Shown in pieces: positions 17,080-26,347 of a stretch of 64,000 bases of DNA. Position 1 is the stretch's first letter. The number at the start of each line of letters is the position of its first letter. The stretch spans positions 11,655 through 75,654 of the forward strand of contig PEZT01000016.1 in assembly GCA_002773945.1 (NCBI GenBank), written 5' to 3'. This stretch comes from Candidatus Beckwithbacteria bacterium CG10_big_fil_rev_8_21_14_0_10_34_10. Its GTDB lineage: Bacteria; Patescibacteriota; Microgenomatia; UBA1400. The translations under genes were made by a program, and so were the position numbers. The notes beneath the pieces are model-generated. The model was not told the DNA's origin. It did not search any database and worked only from the letters and a program-made list of their open reading frames with translations.

Positions 17080-18368
17080 TATTCCTCCAGTTTAGTTTTT
17101 AAATATTTTTTTAAATTGGAAATACTGACTCTTTCTTGTTTGGTGGTATCTCTGTCTCTAACGGTCAGGTCATCTTTTTTTAAGGAGTCAAAATCAATGG
17201 TTAAACAAAAAGGGGTTCCAATTTGGTCTTGAGCATAATAGCGCTTGCCAATGTTTCCCCGATCGTCCCAGTTAACTTCATAATCTTTTCTTAAATCATC
17301 ATAAACTGATCTGGCCTTTTTAACTAATTCTTGCTTGTTAGAAAGAAGCGGGAAAACAGCCGCTTTAAATGGAGCTACTTTTGGATCAAAAGCTAGAATT
17401 TCTCTATCTTTATCTTTTTTATAACTGTCCACCAAAACAGCTAAAGTTAATCTTTCTACCCCCACTGATGGTTCAATAACATAAGGATAAACCTTTTCTC
17501 CCTTATCATTGGTGAGACTTAAATCTTTACCAGAATGTTTAGAATGAGTTTTTAAGTCATAATCAGTCCGATTAGCTACTCCTTCCAATTCCCCCCAGCC
17601 AAAGGGGAACTTAAACTCAATATCAACTGTTCTTTTGGAGTAGTGGGCTAAACTTTCTTTAGGATGGTCAAAAAAGCGAAGATTATTTTTATTTAATTTT
17701 AAAACATTCAAATACCATTTCATTCTTTTTTCTTTCCAGTCTTCAAAATATTTTTCATCCTCTTTAGGATCGACAAAATATTCCATTTCCATTTGCTCCA
17801 TTTCCCTGTCTCTAAAGATAAAGTTACCGGTAGTAATCTCATTTCTAAAGGCTTTACCAATCTGGGCAATCCCAAAAGGAAGCTTGGGCCTCATGGAATC
17901 AACTACACCGGCAAAGTTTGTGAAAATCCCTTGACAGGTTTCTGGTCGAAGGTAGGCCTTAGAAGCTGTTTCTTCAGTTGGTCCAATAAAGGTTTTAAAC
18001 ATTAAGTTAAACTGTTTAACTTCTGTCAGCTTTCCCTGACACTCTGGGCATTTATCCCCTTTTAAATGATCTACCCTAAACCGCTTATGACAGGATTTAC
18101 ATTCCTGCAAAGGATCAGTAAAAGAAACTGTGTGTCCTGAAGCTTCCCAGACTTTGGGATTATGAATGACGGTTGAATCTAAAGGATAAATGTTATCATT
18201 TTTTAAAACCATCTCTTGCCACCAAAGATTTTTTAAATTTCTGGTTAACCTTACTCCTAAAGGACCAAAATCCCAAAAACCCCCAATTCCTCCATAAATC
18301 TCTGAAGAAGGAAAAATAAACCCCCGCTGCTTACATAAAGAAACTAATTTTTCCATTAAATTATCCAT
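17079..18368 (-). CDS. glyQS: Glycine--tRNA ligase, alpha2 (homodimeric) type
   Basis: RGFIFPSSEIYGG, YLRPETCQG, GKAFRNEIT, LAHYSK, ELEGVANRTDYDL, VIEPSVG, anticodon-binding domain. Confidence 0.96.
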   Translation of the reverse strand: MDNLMEKLVSLCKQRGFIFPSSEIYGGIGGFWDFGPLGVRLTRNLKNLWWQEMVLKNDNIYPLDSTVIHNPKVWEASGHTVSFTDPLQECKSCHKRFRVDHLKGDKCPECQGKLTEVKQFNLMFKTFIGPTEETASKAYLRPETCQGIFTNFAGVVDSMRPKLPFGIAQIGKAFRNEITTGNFIFRDREMEQMEMEYFVDPKEDEKYFEDWKEKRMKWYLNVLKLNKNNLRFFDHPKESLAHYSKRTVDIEFKFPFGWGELEGVANRTDYDLKTHSKHSGKDLSLTNDKGEKVYPYVIEPSVGVERLTLAVLVDSYKKDKDREILAFDPKVAPFKAAVFPLLSNKQELVKKARSVYDDLRKDYEVNWDDRGNIGKRYYAQDQIGTPFCLTIDFDSLKKDDLTVRDRDTTKQERVSISNLKKYLKTKLEE

Positions 18369-18387
18369 AAAATAGATTTTAAACCGA

Positions 18388-18936
18388 TTAAGAGATACTT
18401 TTCAAGAAGGAAGATGAATTAAGTTTTTTTTCCATGATATTTTCTAGGTGGTTATTCAAGTCTTTTATGTCTAATGATTGAGGTAAACCAAAGCCAGTGT
18501 TTTTTAAAAGCTCTATTTTAAATTCTTTTTCTAAGGCTTTTAAATTAGAATTTTCTTTATTTAATCTTTCTAAACTTTGCTTTAAAACTTCAAAAACTCT
18601 GGTATTTTTCTGGTTGTCTTGAAGAAAGCGGTCAGTAAGTTCACAAAACTCATAAGCTAAGCTAATTTTTGCTAAATCTTTTTTAAAACTATTAAAGGAG
18701 TTTAAAAGCTGAGTTTCAGTAATAATGTCCAGGTTTTTTCCTCTGGCTGAATAAATATCCACAAGGTTGAATAACTCTAAAGAAGGCGCTTTTCTGGATT
18801 TTACTTTCCTGACTCCTTTGGCAATTAAACTAAGCTTGCCATATTGTTTAGAATAGGCTGTTAAAATCCGATCCGCTTCAGAAAAGTTAATTCTTTTAAG
18901 AATAATGGCTTGAACCTTAAATGTTTTTGGTCTCAC
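18388..18936 (-). CDS. recO: DNA repair protein RecO
   Basis: AIILKRINFSEADRILT, GKLSLIAKGVRKVKSR. Confidence 0.92.
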   Translation of the reverse strand: MRPKTFKVQAIILKRINFSEADRILTAYSKQYGKLSLIAKGVRKVKSRKAPSLELFNLVDIYSARGKNLDIITETQLLNSFNSFKKDLAKISLAYEFCELTDRFLQDNQKNTRVFEVLKQSLERLNKENSNLKALEKEFKIELLKNTGFGLPQSLDIKDLNNHLENIMEKKLNSSSFLKSIS

Positions 18937-18939
18937 TTT

Positions 18940-21081
18940 TTAGAAGTTAAATTCAATTTCTTTGTCTTCTCTCAGTTCAAATTCTTCTTCTTGATCCCCA
19001 AATATGACTTGGTACTGATGACCTTCCGTCCCTGGTTGTTTTTGAATCAAAAGCTTGTAGTTATCACCGGAAGTTAGATTAAATGGCAGTTTATACTTTA
19101 AAACTAATTTGGCTCTGCCTCCGCCTCCCCTAACAGTGAAAAAACCATCAAAATATGTTTTTCCTAAATCAGTCTTAGTTTCCATCTCCACTTCTGAACC
19201 TAGGCTTTCAATTAACTTAGACCCTTCGGGTACATAAATTCTTATATAATTTCTTAAAATACTGTTTAAACAAAGGCCTTCTTTTCTCTCTAGGTTACAA
19301 TTATCAGTTGGCTCAGGATTTTCATAAGTTAAAGTTAAAGTCTTTATTATTTCACCCGACTCATTAATCTCAATTTCCTGTTCTACTTTATGATTGGTAA
19401 AAAGATTGGATTTAGCCCCCCCAAAATTTGAATCATTTATATGAAGGTAGTCCCACTCATAAGGCTTAATCCTGCCGGCTGCTCCATAAGATTGGGCCGC
19501 TTCCTCTAAGTAGGAATCCGAAAAATATAGTAAGACATGTTTTTCTTTTAAAAGCCTTAGACCTGTAGAAAACAAATCTGGCCAAAGCTGCTTGGGACTA
19601 CCCATGGCTTTAAACATAATTTGTTGCATCATTGGGCCTAAAATAGTTTGTTTTCGATTACCTGCTTGAGTCGGTAAAGGCTGATCAACAATGTATTCTA
19701 ATTCACAAATAACATTGGCTACTCCATGACACCTTTGATCTTCTTCAGTGGTAAATTTGCCGTATCCTGGCACATCAATTGGTCCTAAAATATCAATTAA
19801 GTCCTTTAAAACATAAGTATCAACCGTAATAATCCCATCCACTTCTTCTTCGCCCGGAACTTTGTCATAGTATTTTATAAAAGTGTCCATCGAGACTTTA
19901 AAGTCAGGGGATAAATTCATGTCCCGAAGGTAAAAATAAGGAACAATCCCCGTATCTAAATCACTACTAAATAGATATTTCTCGATTGACTCTGGGGCTT
20001 CAATCCTGGGTTTATATTTCTTATCTAAGGAATAAATATCATCACTTTTTAAAGACCTGACTTTACCAGAATCAAATTCTAGCACTGAAAAAGCCGTCAT
20101 AAAACCACCAGTCGCTCTTAGCTCACCGTCATTTTGAAAGATAACTAAATACTTTTTCTTATCTGGATAACCTAGTATTTCCGGTAAGACACTTAAGATG
20201 GGTTTAGCTTCAGAAATGCCTTTAGATGTTTCTGCTAAAGTCTTTTTAGCTATAATTATATTTTCTCTAATTTTCTTACCTCTAAATTCTTCTGGATAAC
20301 GTTTAGGGTTAATTTTTGAAAGTTCTTCTTGAGCCGCCTCAAGTTTATCGGCCATGGCATCAATTTCCGAGGTAACTTTCTCTAAAGTTTGAACGATTTT
20401 AACAATTCTGTCTTCAGCTGTCCCTCCCATAAAACTACCTTGACCTGTAAATCCTAAAACATCAGCATAGGGAGTAATCGCGGCTACCATTACTTCACCA
20501 GCCTGAATGCCAGATAATCCGGCTTTTAAAAGACTCTGGCCATCTTCATAATAACTGCTAACAAAGGGAATAATTTTTAAATAAGCCAGGCGGCTATACT
20601 TTTTTTCCGTTTCTTTTAAAGATTCTTCAGTTTGGCTGATTTTTTCCTCTGCTAATACTAAATCCTGATTTTTACCTGCTTGATAGGCTTCTTGGGCTAA
20701 AAGATAAGTCTTCTTAGCTGAAGAAATAAGAGGTTTAGCTAAAATTAAAGTCGGGACAGCTAAAAGAAGAAAAAAACCTAAAATAACTAAAAGGGGAATA
20801 AAAAGGGCCTTTTTTTTAAGCTGAGGGAGTTTAAATCGGGGCAGCTTTAATTTAAATTTCTTTTTAGAAGAAGTGGAAAAGGAGGCCTTTTCAATGTTAG
20901 TTTCAATCTTCTCCTTTTTTAAATCAGAAGGAAAAAGAGTTTCTTTGTTTCCAGAAGTTTTCTCTTTCCCAATATTTTTATCTTCTTTCTTCTCAATTTC
21001 CTTATCTTCAGTTCCTTTTCTAGCTTCTGTTTTTTCTTGGCTTTTATCTTTAATAGTGATTTTTTTAAGTCCAATTACCAT
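18940..21081 (-). CDS. DUF4012-family membrane-anchored protein
   Basis: Charged N-tail, TM, helical stalk, YLVIFQNDGELRATGGF, RDMNLSPDF, VDGIITVD, GAKSN, YKLLIQKQPG. Confidence 0.85.
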   Translation of the reverse strand: MVIGLKKITIKDKSQEKTEARKGTEDKEIEKKEDKNIGKEKTSGNKETLFPSDLKKEKIETNIEKASFSTSSKKKFKLKLPRFKLPQLKKKALFIPLLVILGFFLLLAVPTLILAKPLISSAKKTYLLAQEAYQAGKNQDLVLAEEKISQTEESLKETEKKYSRLAYLKIIPFVSSYYEDGQSLLKAGLSGIQAGEVMVAAITPYADVLGFTGQGSFMGGTAEDRIVKIVQTLEKVTSEIDAMADKLEAAQEELSKINPKRYPEEFRGKKIRENIIIAKKTLAETSKGISEAKPILSVLPEILGYPDKKKYLVIFQNDGELRATGGFMTAFSVLEFDSGKVRSLKSDDIYSLDKKYKPRIEAPESIEKYLFSSDLDTGIVPYFYLRDMNLSPDFKVSMDTFIKYYDKVPGEEEVDGIITVDTYVLKDLIDILGPIDVPGYGKFTTEEDQRCHGVANVICELEYIVDQPLPTQAGNRKQTILGPMMQQIMFKAMGSPKQLWPDLFSTGLRLLKEKHVLLYFSDSYLEEAAQSYGAAGRIKPYEWDYLHINDSNFGGAKSNLFTNHKVEQEIEINESGEIIKTLTLTYENPEPTDNCNLERKEGLCLNSILRNYIRIYVPEGSKLIESLGSEVEMETKTDLGKTYFDGFFTVRGGGGRAKLVLKYKLPFNLTSGDNYKLLIQKQPGTEGHQYQVIFGDQEEEFELREDKEIEFNF

Positions 21082-21689
21082 TTACTAACCATGGCTTCTG
21101 GAGTTTTTAAAATAATATTTAAATCCCCCCAGAAGGACAGGCCTTTAGAATAATCATAATCCATTTTAGCTCTTTTGACAAAAGGAATTTCATTTCTACC
21201 TGAGGTTTGCCAGACACCAGTTACACCAGGCTTAACCAACATTATACTTCTAATCCATTTTTTAGTCTGAGGATATTTTTTGGTTTGTTCTTTTATTTCC
21301 TGCTTTACATAAGCTCGCGGTCCAACTAAACTCATCTCTCCTCTTAAAACATTAAAAAGCTGAGGAAATTCATCAATGGTTAAGTTTCTTAAAATCCGGC
21401 CTAACTTGGTAATCCGAGGATCATTTTTCAATTTCCAATCTCCATTTTTAAACTCAGCTAAAAGCCTTTTGTTGTGAAGAAGGATTTTGTCAGCATTTGT
21501 AACCATAGTTCTGAATTTGTAGAGCCAGAATTCTTTTCCATTCATTCCTATCCTCCGATGACGGTAAAAAATTGGGGTTCCAGATTCAAAATAAATTAAA
21601 AGGGGAGTAATAATCCAAACCGGTAAAAATAAAACCGCTAAAAAGATAGCAAAAACAATATCAATTACTCTTTTAATATCTTGATACAT
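21075..21689 (-). CDS. Priming phosphoglycosyl transferase (WbaP/PglC-like catalytic domain)
   Basis: KRVIDI, YKFRTM, DPRITKLG, IDEFPQLFNVLRGEMSLVGPR, KPGVTG. Confidence 0.93.
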   Translation of the reverse strand: MYQDIKRVIDIVFAIFLAVLFLPVWIITPLLIYFESGTPIFYRHRRIGMNGKEFWLYKFRTMVTNADKILLHNKRLLAEFKNGDWKLKNDPRITKLGRILRNLTIDEFPQLFNVLRGEMSLVGPRAYVKQEIKEQTKKYPQTKKWIRSIMLVKPGVTGVWQTSGRNEIPFVKRAKMDYDYSKGLSFWGDLNIILKTPEAMVSKW

Positions 21690-21692
21690 TAT

Positions 21693-22781
21693 TTATTTTT
21701 CAAAAAGTTTTTTATAAAGCTTTTTAACTAATGGGGCTTTATTCATTGAACAAACAAGTAAACCCTGAGGCGTATCAACCACTATTACCCCAGACAATCC
21801 AATAATTCCGGCTACCTTATCATCTCTTGAAAAAACCAAAGAATCTTTAGTTTCCATTAACTCAGTTTTGCCAAAAGAAACATTTCCTGCTTTATCTTTT
21901 GGTAAACCATGATAAATTAGTTCCCAGGTGCCTAAATCAACCCAACCAATATTAACTGGCAGCTCCAATTGACTCCCGGGTTCTAGTTTTTCAAACAAAC
22001 CAAAGTCAACTGAGTTTTTTTCAATTTTATGATATTCTTCTTTCAATACCCTCTCATAATCCTTTGTTCCCATGGCTTTTGAAATTTTTTCAATATGTTT
22101 AAAACAATCAGGCGCATGTTTTCGATATTTTTCTAAAAGAAGGTTTGGTTTACAAACCATATACCCAGAATGAATTAAGTAAGAACCAGACTTAAAGAAT
22201 TTTTCCGCTGTCTTAAGATCGGGTTTTTCTACTTGTTTAATAAACTCATAAGTTTCAAAACCATCTTCTTCCTTTATTTTTTTTCCAATTTTAATCCAGC
22301 CATTATGAACTGATGGATAAGTAGGCTTCATATCAATATGAACAATAACATCATCTTCTCTAGCCAGTTGAGAAGCTTTTTTTAAAGCTTTTATAAAAGC
22401 CTCTTCTTTTTGAACTAAATGATCGGCTCCCCAAAGGATTACCATCACCGAATCTGGAAAGTGATAATTAATATAAGCCGCTGATAAAGCCACGGCGCCC
22501 AAAGTATCTCTCATTTCAGGCTCTAAGATTACATTTCTAAAAGGAATTTCAGGAGCTTGCTTAGCAATAGTTTTTTTAAACTGACTGCCCGTGGAAATAA
22601 AAATATCCTTGCTTGAAAAACCCTTTAAAACCCTTTTTATGGCTGCCCTAAAAAAAGAAGTCTGACCCAAAACAGGATCAAATTGTTTAGGATGTCCGAC
22701 TTTACTAATTGGCCACATTCTTGTCCCTCGACCACCGCAAAAAAGAACTATTTTGACATTCTGCTCTGATAACTTAGCCAT
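21693..22781 (-). CDS. manC: Mannose-1-phosphate guanylyltransferase (no cupin/PMI domain)
   Basis: GGRGTRMWPIS..HPKQF, EPEMRDT, ADH, VEKP, SVDFGLFEK, GWVDLGTW. Confidence 0.85.
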   Translation of the reverse strand: MAKLSEQNVKIVLFCGGRGTRMWPISKVGHPKQFDPVLGQTSFFRAAIKRVLKGFSSKDIFISTGSQFKKTIAKQAPEIPFRNVILEPEMRDTLGAVALSAAYINYHFPDSVMVILWGADHLVQKEEAFIKALKKASQLAREDDVIVHIDMKPTYPSVHNGWIKIGKKIKEEDGFETYEFIKQVEKPDLKTAEKFFKSGSYLIHSGYMVCKPNLLLEKYRKHAPDCFKHIEKISKAMGTKDYERVLKEEYHKIEKNSVDFGLFEKLEPGSQLELPVNIGWVDLGTWELIYHGLPKDKAGNVSFGKTELMETKDSLVFSRDDKVAGIIGLSGVIVVDTPQGLLVCSMNKAPLVKKLYKKLFEK

Positions 22782-23893
22782 TCTCCCTCCACATATTTTT
22801 TAAATTTTTCCTTAAAAATCTTTTCATTATACTTTAAAGCATTATTACGACTTTCTTTAGGATCAAATCTTTTGTTTCCAAATTCTTTAGCTGCTTTAAT
22901 TAAATCAGATTTTTTCTGTTTGGAAAATAGGATGCCTGTCTTTCCCCTAATAACAGTTTCTCCCATTCCCCCTTTTTCAAAGGCAATTATTGGCTTGCCG
23001 CAGGCCTGAGCTTCAATCCCCACCAAACCTAAATCCTCTTCTCCGGCAAACACAAAGGCCAAACATTTTTGATAATAACCTATTAAATCCTTGTCAGTCA
23101 AATCTTTGCTTAAAAATTCAATGTTTGGCTTAGCCATTCTTTTTAATTTGTTTTTTTCTTTCCCGTCGCCAATTATCTTTAAAGGTAAAGCTAGATCATT
23201 AAAAGCTTTAATAATTAAATCTATTCTTTTATAAGAAACTAGACGGGAGACAGTCAAAAAATATGGCTTATTTTTTTTTCCGTTTTTCTCATCATCCTCT
23301 TCTTTTAAGGGTATAAACTTATTAATATTAACCGGTGGATAAATTACATCTGAATCCCTTTGATAATGTTTTTTAATTCTTTTTTGAACGGTTTTGGAAA
23401 TAGCCAGATACAGATCCGGTCTTTGGCTGGCTATTTTATCCCAGGTTTTAAGTTTTCTTAAAACTGGTTTGATTATTAATTTAGCTAAAGGGTTTAACCA
23501 GCCAAACTGAAGATTATTAGAATAATGCTTAAAGCCATTCCATAAATATCGTGTCGGGGTTAAACAATAATTAAGGTGGAAAGTTGAGGGAGAAGTAATT
23601 ATTCCTTTTGCTTCAGCTGAGGAAACACTAATAACCACATCAAAGCCGGAAAAATCAAAGCTCTCAAAAGCAAAGGGCATTAAAAAAGGGTAAAGCTCAT
23701 GATGTTTTTTAGCTAAAGGAATTTTTTGAACAAAAGAAGAAATAACTTTAAAGCATGAAGCCCAAGGGGCGCCCATAGGATCATAAACAGAAGTATATAA
23801 AGGAGCATCAGGCCAGATTTTGTGGAGGGCTAATAAAACTCTTTCTGCCCCTCCAAATTTATTTACTCGATCGTAAACTAAAGCAACTTTCAT
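22748..23893 (-). CDS. GT4 glycosyltransferase (WbaZ-like mannosyltransferase)
   Basis: GGAERVL, YCLTPTRYLW, SRLVSYKR, EEDLGLVGIEAQACG. Confidence 0.88.
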   Translation of the reverse strand: MKVALVYDRVNKFGGAERVLLALHKIWPDAPLYTSVYDPMGAPWASCFKVISSFVQKIPLAKKHHELYPFLMPFAFESFDFSGFDVVISVSSAEAKGIITSPSTFHLNYCLTPTRYLWNGFKHYSNNLQFGWLNPLAKLIIKPVLRKLKTWDKIASQRPDLYLAISKTVQKRIKKHYQRDSDVIYPPVNINKFIPLKEEDDEKNGKKNKPYFLTVSRLVSYKRIDLIIKAFNDLALPLKIIGDGKEKNKLKRMAKPNIEFLSKDLTDKDLIGYYQKCLAFVFAGEEDLGLVGIEAQACGKPIIAFEKGGMGETVIRGKTGILFSKQKKSDLIKAAKEFGNKRFDPKESRNNALKYNEKIFKEKFKKYVEGEWLSYQSRMSK

Positions 23894-24290
23894 TTATATA
23901 TTTTTCAATTATTTCTTTATGATTAAAGGCTAATTTTTTTATGCTTTTCAACTTATCTAAAGTAAACCATTTATATTCTATAGAATATGGCGGATTAACC
24001 TCAATCTCTTTCTCACTTACCCTACCAACAAAAACAACTACTTCCTTAGTTTTCTGATCACCTTTTATAGGTAAGGAAAAAAGGTGTTTTCCTTTAAAAG
24101 ATTCTGTTTGTAAATCACAATTAACTTCTTCTATTACTCCCTTTTGTGGTTTAATTCCTTTTTTTGACTCGCCGATGCCACTAATTAAGGCCCAATAATT
24201 AACAAAAGGCTTTCTCCCTCTTTTAATAAGAAGAACTTTGCCCCTATCATTAATTATGATGGCACAAACAATCTTGTGTTTCTTTGTCAC
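23859..24290 (-). CDS. Nudix-fold hydrolase with degenerate Nudix box
   Basis: VCAIIIN..GKVLLIKR..PF..YWAL.SG; C-terminal WF...LAFNH. Confidence 0.75.
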   Translation of the reverse strand: MTKKHKIVCAIIINDRGKVLLIKRGRKPFVNYWALISGIGESKKGIKPQKGVIEEVNCDLQTESFKGKHLFSLPIKGDQKTKEVVVFVGRVSEKEIEVNPPYSIEYKWFTLDKLKSIKKLAFNHKEIIEKYINESCFSLRSSK

Positions 24291-24304
24291 TTCTTATGAT
24301 AACC

Positions 24305-25426
24305 TTAGAAATAAGCTTCCAAGGTTTTCCGGGCACACTTTTGCCAAGAATATTTTTTTACTTGATTCTTTCCTTTATTAACTAAAAATTGTTTTTCTTT
24401 TGAGGACAGCTTTAAAAAAGATATTATTTTATTCTTTATATCATCAACATTTTGAGGATCAAAATAAATGGCTCCATTTCCATAAACTTCCTTAAAAACC
24501 GGAATAGAACTGACTAATATTGGACACTGACTAGCCATGGCTTCTAAACCGGGTAAACCAAACCCCTCCATTAAAGAAGGATTTATAAAAGCCTCTGCTT
24601 GACTATATAAAACCTTTAAATCTTTATCAGTCACAAATCCAACCATCCTAACAAAATCTTGAGCCTTGAATTGACTGATTAATTTTTCAATCCGCTTTAA
24701 AAACACATCTCTAGAGCTCACAATGACTAAATTAAGCTTTTTATGGTTATTAACTGCTTTTATGGCTAAAATTAATCTCCTTACATTTTTATGAGGGTAA
24801 ACATTCCCGGTGTACAGAAAGTAAGGCTTTTTTATCTCATACTTTTCAATAACTTTTGGATCACTAGCCTTGCCCTCTTTTAAAAACCCTTGATCAACTC
24901 CCTCATAAATAACTTTAATTTTATTCTCATTAACCTGGTAAAATTTTAGGATTTCTTTTTTAACTGCCTTGGATGGAACAATAATCTTTCTGGATTTTAA
25001 AACACTATTCCTAAATATTTGCTTATAAGCTAAATACTTTAAAAAATATGTTAATGGAGATTTGGTGGTTGTTTCTAAACCCCTAGAGTAATGTTTAATT
25101 AAATCATGAATTGTGACTACAAATGGATATTTATCAAAATAAGGAACATTAAAGTGGGGAAAGTGAACTAAATCAGGCTTAATTTTACTTAATAGCTTGG
25201 GGATTTCAATTTGTTCTTTTAAAGAATAATGCTTAGCTGAAGAAAATACTAGTTTAATATTTTTAAACTCATTTAAAATGTTTTTATTGGTATTTTCTTG
25301 GGAAAAAATTAAATAAAATTCGCTTTTTTTATCTTGTTTTAAAATACTTTCAACAAGATTTTGAGTGTACCGGCCAAGGCCAGTATGCTTTACTCCCCAA
25401 AACCGGCAATCAATAACAATTTTCAT
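24305..25426 (-). CDS. GT4 glycosyltransferase
   Basis: TGLGRY, VVTIHDL, PHKN, PSLMEGFGLPGLEAM, YSW. Confidence 0.92.
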   Translation of the reverse strand: MKIVIDCRFWGVKHTGLGRYTQNLVESILKQDKKSEFYLIFSQENTNKNILNEFKNIKLVFSSAKHYSLKEQIEIPKLLSKIKPDLVHFPHFNVPYFDKYPFVVTIHDLIKHYSRGLETTTKSPLTYFLKYLAYKQIFRNSVLKSRKIIVPSKAVKKEILKFYQVNENKIKVIYEGVDQGFLKEGKASDPKVIEKYEIKKPYFLYTGNVYPHKNVRRLILAIKAVNNHKKLNLVIVSSRDVFLKRIEKLISQFKAQDFVRMVGFVTDKDLKVLYSQAEAFINPSLMEGFGLPGLEAMASQCPILVSSIPVFKEVYGNGAIYFDPQNVDDIKNKIISFLKLSSKEKQFLVNKGKNQVKKYSWQKCARKTLEAYF

Positions 25427-25429
25427 TTA

Positions 25430-26317
25430 TTAATCCTTAAATCGACTAATTAAATATATCCCCAGCAACACCAATGACCGAATTAACTTAGGATACTTAT
25501 TTTTATAATGTTTATCATAAAATAATTTCATAGTTTCAAAAAAATACTGATTGCTTTTTTGCTTAGTTACAAGGTCTTTTTGAGTAATTTCTGTACCCTT
25601 GTCTTTTCTTCGTCCAGATGATTTTTTAAAATGAATAATTTTAGTATTCGGATTATATCCTATTTTATACCCTGATTCTTTGATTCTATATGCTAAATCA
25701 ATGTCTTCAGCATACATAAAAAATTGTTCATCCAAAAGGCCAACTTTATCTAAAACTTCCTTTTTAATCATAAAGAAAGCACCGGAAATAGCATCAACTG
25801 AATGAACTTTGTCCAAGTTTTTCCAAGTTTGATGATATTGCCCAAATATTTTTGATTTAGGAAAAATCTTTTCCAGGCCGCTAAAATATGTTAGAGCCGC
25901 CCATGGCGTAGGAAAACCTCGATGACAGGCTGGATCAAGTTGCCCATTAATAAGTTCTATTTTGCATGTCCCTGCAACATACTTATTATATTTCATAAAA
26001 TGAAGCATATTTTTTAAAGTATTTTTTTTAAGAAGAGTGTCAGAGTTTAATAGAAGAATATATTTACCCCTAGAAATCCTTATTCCTTGATTATTAGCTT
26101 TGCTAAAACCTAAATTTTCTTTATTAAAAATATATTTAATATTGCAAAATGATTTTTTGAACATTGTTTGGCTACCGTCTTTTGAACCATTATCAATCAC
26201 TGTTAACTCCACTTTAAATTTCCCTAGGTCTGACTCTAAAAAAGATTTTATTAGGTTGCTTACTAAATCCTTGGTATTGTAGTTAACAATTATTATTGAT
26301 AAGTCGATGGCTTTCAT
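25430..26317 (-). CDS. GT2 glycosyltransferase (WbbL-like)
   Basis: SIIIVNYN, DNGSKD, LLNSD, CHRGFPTPW, FFMYAEDIDL. Confidence 0.9.
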   Translation of the reverse strand: MKAIDLSIIIVNYNTKDLVSNLIKSFLESDLGKFKVELTVIDNGSKDGSQTMFKKSFCNIKYIFNKENLGFSKANNQGIRISRGKYILLLNSDTLLKKNTLKNMLHFMKYNKYVAGTCKIELINGQLDPACHRGFPTPWAALTYFSGLEKIFPKSKIFGQYHQTWKNLDKVHSVDAISGAFFMIKKEVLDKVGLLDEQFFMYAEDIDLAYRIKESGYKIGYNPNTKIIHFKKSSGRRKDKGTEITQKDLVTKQKSNQYFFETMKLFYDKHYKNKYPKLIRSLVLLGIYLISRFKD

Positions 26318-26347
26318 TTTTTTTCTATTTTTGTTTGATTAATTAAA

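Noticed and set aside
23271-23279. Poly-A/T tracts of 8-9 nt as phase-variation sites
   Set aside because: Common throughout this Lys-rich, AT-rich sequence; frames are intact and no long G/C tracts were seen
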